Shown here: positions 58,201 to 64,000 of the stretch, piece after piece
How positions within the stretch are numbered: the stretch's first letter is position 1
How the letters are laid out: each line of letters opens with the position of its first letter
Assembly (NCBI GenBank): GCA_965368975.1
Contig: CBDUPA010000002.1
Coordinates: 512,001-576,000, forward strand
From: an uncultured bacterium
GTDB taxonomy: Bacteria; Acidobacteriota; Thermoanaerobaculia; Multivoradales; JAHZIX01
Direction of reading: 5' to 3'
DNA: 64,000 nucleotides
Program-made: the position numbers and the translations under genes
Notes under the pieces: generated by a model
Seen by the model: only the letters and a program-made list of their open reading frames with translations
Databases searched by the model: none
What the model was told of the DNA's origin: nothing

Positions 58201-59663
58201 AGGTCGGCATCCACGACGACTTCTTCCAACTCGGCGGACACTCCCTGCTGGCACCACAACTACTCAACCGCCTGCGCCGCGATTTCGAGGTCGACTTCCC
58301 ATTGCAAGCGCTGTTCCAGACGCCCACGGTCGCCAAGTTGCTCGACGCCGTCGAGACCATCCGCCAGGAAGGCAGCGCCGAGTCCTTGATAGGCGAAGCG
58401 GTCGACCTGCCGGCCGAGGTGGTGCTGCCGGACGACATCCAACCGCAGGGCGAGCTGAACGTCGCCCGCCTGCGGGATCCACACGCTGTCCTGCTCACCG
58501 GTGCCACGGGCTTCCTGGGCGCCTTCCTGCTCGACCAGCTGTTGCGCCAGACCCGCGCTACCGTCTACTGCGTGGTGCGTGGCGACGACGAAGCGGCCGC
58601 CGCGGCGCGCCTGCGACGCCAGCTCGAGGAGCGCAAGGTCTGGCGCGCCGAGGATGCCTCGCGCATCGTCACCGTGCTCGGCGACCTGGCCGAGCCGCGT
58701 TGGGGGCTGAGCGAGGCACGCTTCGCCGAACTCGCCGCGCAGACAGATGCCGTGTACCACTGTGGCGCCTGGGTCAACTTCACTTATCCCTACGAGATCC
58801 TCAAGCCAGGCAACGTCGGCGGTACGCTCGAAGCCATTCGCTTCGCCTGCCTCGACCACGTCAAGCCACTGCACTTCATCTCCAGCGTCGCCGTCTTCGC
58901 CATGATGTCCAAGGACCTGAGCCAAGACCGCCAGGTGATGGAAGACGATCCTCTGCGAGAGAGCGAAGGCATGTTTGCCGGCTACGGGCAAACCAAGTGG
59001 GTAGGTGAGAAGCTCGTCGACCTGGCACGAGAACGCGGCCTGCCCGCCAGCATCTACCGACCCGGAGTGGTCGGCGGCCACAGCGAGACCGGCTCCGGCA
59101 ACACCAGCGACTTCGTGTGGGCCTTCCTGAAGGGCTGCATCCAGCTCGGCGCCGCTCCAATGGATTACAACTCGATGATGGACGTCGCCCCGGTAGACTA
59201 TGTGGCAGCCAGTACGGTTGCGTTGTCGCTCAAGCCTGACTGCCTCCACCGCGCCTACCACTTCCCGAATTCCGCGCCCAGACCGTGGCGCGAGGTCTTC
59301 GACATGGCGCGCGACTTCGGCTACCCGATGCGACGCGTGTCACTGGTCGAGTGGGGCACGGAGCTTGGGAAGTTGATCGCCGGTGACACCGACAACGCCA
59401 TGGCGCCCTTCGCCCCCATGTTCGCGGTCGCACCTTCCCAGCAGCAGGCGCAGGAAGGCGGCGACGAAGAGATGCAGCAGGAAGCCCCGCCCCAATTGCC
59501 TCCGCGTTCTCGTTCGCTCTACAACGACCGGCAGACACAGGAGGGCTTGGAAGGTACAGGCATCTCCTGCCCGCCGGTCGACTCGAAGCTGATCGATACC
59601 TACATCGATTACTTCATCGACGTCGGCTATCTCGATCCACCACCGGTTGCGGGAGTGGAATGA
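55269..59663 (+). CDS. Type I PKS, KS-AT-ACP-R (thioester reductase)
   Basis: KS QTACSTS/HGSGT/GHLE; AT GYSLG and HAFHS; ACP GGHSL; R domain TGATGFLG and YGQTK. Confidence 0.93.
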   Translation: MSDTHELERIAVIGMAGRFPKSPDLDTFWSNLQGGVDCITDLREDDLRAAGIPEEQIADPSLVRRTPKLTEIGHFDAGFFGYAPREAEILDPQQRVYMETAWKALESAGYVSEDYPGWIAHYAGISTSNYMMMNLLPNNKLMGQLGFFPVLLSNDRDYFATRISYKLNLRGPAMNIQTACSTSLVAVHQACMALLGYQCNIALAGGVRVGIPQDRGYTYIEGSIFSPTGRCRSFDADADGSIFGDGCGVVVLKRLSEAIEDGDNIHAVILASALNNDGSNKVGFTAPSIEGQAEAIGMCQDLADIDPETITYIETHGSGTPLGDPIEVRALTKVFQEHTERKQFCAIGSVKSNTGHLEAASGIAGMIKTILSLENQQVPASLHFKTPNPQIDFANSPFFVNDQLRDWTTENGTPRRAGISSFGMGGTNAHVILEEAPPRDASGESRPWQLLTLAAKTSTALDTMSQDLAHWLRQNPEAPLADVAFTLQSGRRHFERRRALVCHDRDDALKVLETFDASRLLDGTAEAADRPLTFLCSGVGEQYPGMAKGLYEHEPTFRAAVDECCDLLQETLGVDLREVLFPEGAGTGDDDHGGPDLRSLLGRAPQNDPNTDRLNRTAMAQPAVFVLDYAMAQLWMEWGFYPESLVGYSLGEYAAACLAGVLPLADALRLVARRAQLIEELPGGVMLAIPVSETEARELITGTELDLAALNGDTMSVLAGPEPAIAALEARLDEREIAHRRLATSHAFHSRMMDSIREAFAHLVRESDLQPPEIPLLSNVTGTWMTDEEATDPEYWVRHLCGTVRFADNLAELNEEAARVMIELGPGRALSTLALQTRVDTSDADPSLGAPSRVIVPSLRSMHERQSDVAFLLRQLAELWLAGLRPDWASFRAHEYRHRLALPNYPFERQHLWVDQVQLQPAPTAEGADGPAELDDGAVPEEARHERPSSLRTPYVAPSTEAEVQMAEIWQDLLGVKEVGIHDDFFQLGGHSLLAPQLLNRLRRDFEVDFPLQALFQTPTVAKLLDAVETIRQEGSAESLIGEAVDLPAEVVLPDDIQPQGELNVARLRDPHAVLLTGATGFLGAFLLDQLLRQTRATVYCVVRGDDEAAAAARLRRQLEERKVWRAEDASRIVTVLGDLAEPRWGLSEARFAELAAQTDAVYHCGAWVNFTYPYEILKPGNVGGTLEAIRFACLDHVKPLHFISSVAVFAMMSKDLSQDRQVMEDDPLRESEGMFAGYGQTKWVGEKLVDLARERGLPASIYRPGVVGGHSETGSGNTSDFVWAFLKGCIQLGAAPMDYNSMMDVAPVDYVAASTVALSLKPDCLHRAYHFPNSAPRPWREVFDMARDFGYPMRRVSLVEWGTELGKLIAGDTDNAMAPFAPMFAVAPSQQQAQEGGDEEMQQEAPPQLPPRSRSLYNDRQTQEGLEGTGISCPPVDSKLIDTYIDYFIDVGYLDPPPVAGVE

Positions 59664-60249
59664 GCTCGATGGCATCACCTTGACGGAGCTCGAACGAGTG
59701 GACAGAACCTAGCGCGACTTGGAGCTGAATCGGCGATCGAGTCTGTGGATGAGTTTCGATCGCACGCGCAAGGAGAGCATTCACATCAAAGGGTGTAGAG
59801 GATGCTACGACGTTTTACGAAACCGTGGTGCTGTCGTGCCTGCCATTCGTACCAACAGCCTTGGCCCCTTCTGACTCTCGCCATGCTCGCTGACAGGTCG
59901 AGGAGCGAGAACTCGGGTGGTCTTTGCAGGATGGAGAGATGAAAGGGAGTTAAGACTGCCTGCCGTACAGCGTGGTGGGGGGCACGTCACTGCGGGCGCG
60001 GGTGCGGGAGGTGCCGCGCACAACGCCCGTGGCCGCCCTACGAGTTCGAATGAACGCCGAGTTGTTAGGAAGCACGTGTTCAGCAGTCAGCATTCGGAGC
60101 CCAGGATAGGATGAGGAAGGATAGGGGAATGAGTATGAACCGGGCAGCTTCAGTCGCGATACCTGCGATAGCAATTTCGGCTACGCTGACTGACTCTTAC
60201 TACGCCGACCTGAAGCCGAGTGAGGCATTCTCAATACCACCGTCAGTAA

Positions 60250-60804
60250 CTAGTTCGGTGCGGCTGGACTTTGACTCCCTTCCTGCCTTCTTACCATCTC
60301 AACTAGTTCTTGCCAACTTTGGCGCTCTGGCTCAATGTGGCGACTGTCAAAGTCGGCGACGATACCCTCGCAGATACTTTTTAGACTATCTGGAGCACCT
60401 GTTCTAAGCCAGTGTCCTGAAAACGAGTGCAAGTCTTTCGTCCAGGCATTGACCATAGAGCGGTTCTCCTCAGTTACGCTCTCCACAAGATAGTAGCTTT
60501 TAAACGGACGCAGAACTACAACAGAAAGGGTAACGCCTGACTTATGGCCCCCCCGCGTCTTTGTCTCAAGGGCAACAATGCTAATTACCCAGTCAGGGTA
60601 GCTGTCGGTCACAATTATGTCACCCAAACTGCGTAGCTCCCTGTTTATGTAACTCCGAACCTCTCCCTCTATGTCCTCGTCGGCGGATATATCTGCATAA
60701 ACACGAGCAGAGAATGGTTGAAGATCTTGTGCGCTGCAGATGGTTGGCGCCAAGCAAGAAAACATTAGGCAAGCGCCACTAGCTAGTTGTGTGATTCCGC
60801 TCAT
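60250..60804 (-). CDS. Hypothetical exported protein in a lower-GC patch
   Basis: GGAGG RBS; signal-like N-terminus ending CSA-Q; codon usage visibly AT-richer than the flanks. Confidence 0.65.
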   Translation of the reverse strand: MSGITQLASGACLMFSCLAPTICSAQDLQPFSARVYADISADEDIEGEVRSYINRELRSLGDIIVTDSYPDWVISIVALETKTRGGHKSGVTLSVVVLRPFKSYYLVESVTEENRSMVNAWTKDLHSFSGHWLRTGAPDSLKSICEGIVADFDSRHIEPERQSWQELVEMVRRQEGSQSPAAPN

Positions 60805-60946
60805 GTTGAGCCTCCAATTCTGACCGGTCAATGAAGCATCTACCTCTGTAGAGTCTCTGCATCTCCTCTGTCCTCACAAGAGTTCACCATAGAGTAGCCT
60901 AGAATGCTGATTAGAGAGCAGCCGCTCAATCGATTCGCTCTGGCGG

Positions 60947-61775
60947 TCATGCCAACTTCGACGTCAGCCACCTTTGGAACCCGGGCTTCCGACCGCTACT
61001 AGCCTGCACAGCCGGTGCTGCCCCACTCCGGGTACCTTCGAACTCCCTCGCTTCCCCGTCCTCAGGGATCCACACCCGATCTGTCAGACCCTCGGCTTCG
61101 AGCCGCTGCCGCAGCCTGGCGCGCGTGGTCGGGCAGCGGTCGATACCTTCTAAATGGTTGAAACGACGGAGCCGGGAGCTAGCTGCACCAGCTCGACCAG
61201 CTCGTCAACGGAAAAGAGGACGTCGCCACCGGCACCAAAGTTGGCGCTTCCAGCTGGGGCCACGACGACTTCCGGCTGCAGCCGCTCGAGAACAGCGCGC
61301 ACGCGATCCGTCAGCACGGCGTCACTGGTGAGGTAGACACTCGGTTAATCGGGATGAGCCAGGTAAAAACAGAGACCGGTCCCATCAACCAGCCGAGCAA
61401 GCCACGACCGTGGTTGGCTGGGATCACCTCGACCGTCATCCCTAGGGCACCGTCGCAGAGTTCGTGGGCATCTGGCCGCTTGGGGCGGAGGTAGGGCACG
61501 TCGATGCTGCTTGCCCACACCGGTAGCTTGCGCTCGCGAATCCAGTGCCGCGCCGCGCCGTCGAGATGCTCGTGCGTGCCGACTACGCCCGTCGCCGGCG
61601 CCAGGATCTCGTCGGCTCCCGAGGGTAACGGGACCAGGGGATTGGGCCGGCGGCCGCCGCCAAAGAACTTGAAACCCGGGAAGGCACCGGGCTCGCTGAG
61701 CATGGGCTCGCCGAGTAGGTGGTGCTCACCGAGGGCTAGCAGGTGGGGCGCATCGAGCAGGTGGTGGATCTTCAT
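60947..61775 (-). pseudogene. MBL-fold metallo-hydrolase pseudogene
   Basis: MKIHH..PMLS..NPLVPLP..THEHLD..ANHG, then a frameshift near 61368, an in-frame TAA near 61346, (Y)LTSDAV.., a second frameshift near 61160 and NHLEGID.C..IPEDGE. Confidence 0.75.
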
Positions 61776-61911
61776 AAGTTCCTCAGACACAAGCCTAGCA
61801 TTCGCCCCGGCACGGGGACGAGTCGCACAGGCAGCAACAACCCCAGCTCCGCAGTGGCGGAAGCTGGGGTTGGGATGAGTGCCAGAGACAGAGGTCGCGA
61901 CCGAGCTGGGC

Positions 61912-62358
61912 TCAGCTCTTCGCTAGCCTGGCGTCGACGGAGAGAGCCCCGGCGCCGCGCAGCACGATGGCTAGGGCCATGCCGATCACCAACAAGTGGT
62001 ACTCGAAGCCCTCGCCCTGCTGGCTGCCGTACCAGTTCATGAAGAAGCCATGCTGCGCATGGACGGTGAAGATGGCACCGAGCATGATGGGGATAAGGCC
62101 TGCGGCAGCAGGGCGCGCGAGGGCACCGATGGCGAGTCCGATAGGAGCGAGGAATTCACCGAAGATCACCAGCACAGCAATGATGGCCGGTAGGCCCATC
62201 GTTTCGGTGAAGAAGTTCAGAGTGCCGGAGAAGCCGTAGCCACCGAACCAGCCGAGCACCTTCTGGGCGCCGTGCGGGAACATCACCAGTGCCAGGGTGA
62301 GGCGTAGGATCAGAGAGGCGTAGTCGCGATCATCGGTCCGAAGTAGCTTGTTCCACAT
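61912..62358 (-). CDS. DoxX family membrane protein
   Basis: LRL..MFPHGAQK, GFFMNW, GFEYHL and GAGALSVD motifs. Confidence 0.92.
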   Translation of the reverse strand: MWNKLLRTDDRDYASLILRLTLALVMFPHGAQKVLGWFGGYGFSGTLNFFTETMGLPAIIAVLVIFGEFLAPIGLAIGALARPAAAGLIPIMLGAIFTVHAQHGFFMNWYGSQQGEGFEYHLLVIGMALAIVLRGAGALSVDARLAKS

Positions 62359-62436
62359 GGGTTTTCCTTCCTATCTGGGTAGCGACCTTCAAAGATGAGG
62401 TCGTGTCGTTTCCGAGTCGTTCGGCTCAAGTGCGGG

Positions 62437-62916
62437 TCAAGGGTCCGGGTTGCCGTGCCGGATGGCATCGAGCATCCGAATCAGAGTCTTCTGGTCTTCC
62501 TGACTGAGCATCGCCATGCACGTATCGTCGAGCGCGTCGACGGGAGGCTGGAGAGCATCGAGTCGATCGAGCCCCGCCTGCGTGATCGAGCAGAGGACTT
62601 GACGGCGATCGGCGGTGCAGCGCTCGCGCCTCACCCAGCCTTTGGCTTCCAGACGGTCCAGCATGCGTGTCACGCCCGGCGTCTTCTCCACCATGCGCTC
62701 GGCGATGGTGAGGGTCGGTACGGCTTTGCTCGCGCCCCGCAGGATGCGCAGCACGTTGTACTGCTGGAAAGTCACGCCTTCAGCCTCCATCACCTCCGCG
62801 AAGCGGCGGCGCAGCAGGTCGGCGGTGCGGAACAGGGCCAGCGTCGCTTCCTGGCTACGTGACCGGAAAGGCTTGCTCTGCTGAATCTCGCGTCGAATGG
62901 AGCCGGTGTCGTTCAT
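62437..62916 (-). CDS. MarR family transcriptional regulator
   Basis: QQYNVLRILRG, VTRMLDRLE..G.V.R and DRR..IT..G motifs. Confidence 0.92.
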   Translation of the reverse strand: MNDTGSIRREIQQSKPFRSRSQEATLALFRTADLLRRRFAEVMEAEGVTFQQYNVLRILRGASKAVPTLTIAERMVEKTPGVTRMLDRLEAKGWVRRERCTADRRQVLCSITQAGLDRLDALQPPVDALDDTCMAMLSQEDQKTLIRMLDAIRHGNPDP

Positions 62917-62924
62917 GATGGGGA

Positions 62925-62953
62925 ACTATACAGAGCAAACATTGACATGTCAA
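62925..62953 (-). promoter_or_regulatory. Near-consensus sigma70 promoter of marR overlapped by a 12-bp perfect palindrome (likely operator)
   Basis: - strand TTGACA-N17-TATAGT, 8 nt before ATG; TTGACATGTCAA at 62942-62953. Confidence 0.8.
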
Positions 62954-63172
62954 CAATTGACTGTGCCGCCTTCTTTTGGAGCTCGGACTTGTACCTCGAC
63001 GCGATGTCCGGTGGCGGAACGGGGCAGTGTTCGGACACGCGACAATCAGGCTGGTGCGGCAGGCCGCAAAACAGCCAAGTGTGCATCTTGTAGTGACTTA
63101 GATTATCTGGCACAACCTCTGCTATAGAACAGCGGGACCATCGTGATGCCAAGTTCCCGGAGGAGTAACAAC

Positions 63173-64000
63173 ATGCTGCAAGATCTTCGCTATGCCGTTC
63201 GCTCGCTCGTCAAGAGACCCGGCTTCACCGCCATCGCGGTGCTCACGCTGGCTCTCGGTATCGGTGCGACGAGTGCTATTTTCAGCGTGGTGGACGCGGC
63301 ACTGCTGCGTCCCCTGCCGTACGAGGATTCCCACGAGCTCGTGCTGCTCTGGCAGACGGACCGGCACAACGACGAGCGACGAGCCCCGGCGTCGATCCCT
63401 GATTTCGAGGACTGGCGACAGCAAGGTACGTCGTTCGAAGGGATCGCGGGCTGGACGACGGGTTCGGCCAATCTCGTCGACCGCGGGGCGGAACCGCGAC
63501 CAGAACGGCTCAGCGTCGGTGCGGTCTCGACCAGCATGTTCTCACTGCTCGGCGTGCAGCCCGCACTTGGGCGAACCTTCACCACCGAAGAAGACGAGCC
63601 TGGCAGTCAACCGGTGGCTCTGCTCAGCCACGGGCTCTGGCAGCGACGCTTCGGCGAGGATCCCGGCGTGCTCGGCCGCGACCTGGATCTCGATGGTCAG
63701 CTCTTCCAGATCATCGGCGTCATGCCGTCCAAGCCGTTGGTGCCCGAGGCGGACCTGTGGACACCGCTGTGGACACGCACGGAAGCAACTCGAAACATCC
63801 GCGGCGTGCACAATCTGCTGGTACTCGGTCGCCTGCGCGCGGGAGTCGACCTGGACAGCGCACAGCAGGAGATGAGCACCATCATGGTACGGCTGGAAGA
63901 CGCGTATCCGGAGGACAATGCCAACCGTGGTGCCTTCGTCGAGCCACTGTACGAGGGCGTGGTGCGGACGTCACGGCCAGCGCTGCTGCTGCTCAGCGGG
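63173..64000 (+). CDS. ABC transporter permease, ADOP/MacB-like, truncated by the window end (absent from the ORF track)
   Basis: GGAGGAG RBS; [72 protein letters not shown]; open to 64000. Confidence 0.9.
   Translation, partial: MLQDLRYAVRSLVKRPGFTAIAVLTLALGIGATSAIFSVVDAALLRPLPYEDSHELVLLWQTDRHNDERRAPASIPDFEDWRQQGTSFEGIAGWTTGSANLVDRGAEPRPERLSVGAVSTSMFSLLGVQPALGRTFTTEEDEPGSQPVALLSHGLWQRRFGEDPGVLGRDLDLDGQLFQIIGVMPSKPLVPEADLWTPLWTRTEATRNIRGVHNLLVLGRLRAGVDLDSAQQEMSTIMVRLEDAYPEDNANRGAFVEPLYEGVVRTSRPALLLLSG

Noticed and set aside
60111-60407. 98-aa + strand ORF
   Set aside because: Overlaps the better supported - strand gene and has no recognisable features
63192-63875. 227-aa + strand ORF in the track
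   Set aside because: Wrong frame; the real gene is the ADOP permease from ATG 63173, which runs off the window

Overview
High-GC, diderm bacterial chromosome segment, most consistent with Acidobacteriota (inferred from an Acidobacterial-type VWA protein, an ADOP-type orphan ABC permease and the LptD/TonB inventory). From left to right it holds: a methyltransferase-bshC-bshB1-bshA bacillithiol operon; housekeeping genes (yigZ, yidD, murI, rph); a TonB receptor-argE-like-hutF-like-fadE-dinB run; a PAS/GAF/GGDEF/EAL protein; an ICMT-ACP-FAAL-flavoprotein lipid cluster with no type III PKS; a coupled rmlA-rmlD-gmd-rmd-like-prenol kinase/DUF92 fusion-UbiA operon; lptD, thiolase, ruvX and mltG; a pseudokinase-TonB fusion; two divergently oriented NRPS genes and a KS-AT-ACP-R PKS; a lower-GC patch; an MBL-fold pseudogene; doxX-marR; and a truncated ADOP permease. 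The top hidden signal is at 46758-47573 (-). Two ORFs in the track are one reading frame interrupted by TGA-AGT-GGT-TGA and followed by a SECIS-like hairpin. This gives a candidate exported beta-barrel selenoprotein with a U-S-G-U motif, encoded directly upstream of a YHS/TRASH-thioredoxin gene. No rRNA, tRNA, CRISPR array or transposase was recognised. All family assignments come from motif recognition by eye, not database searches.
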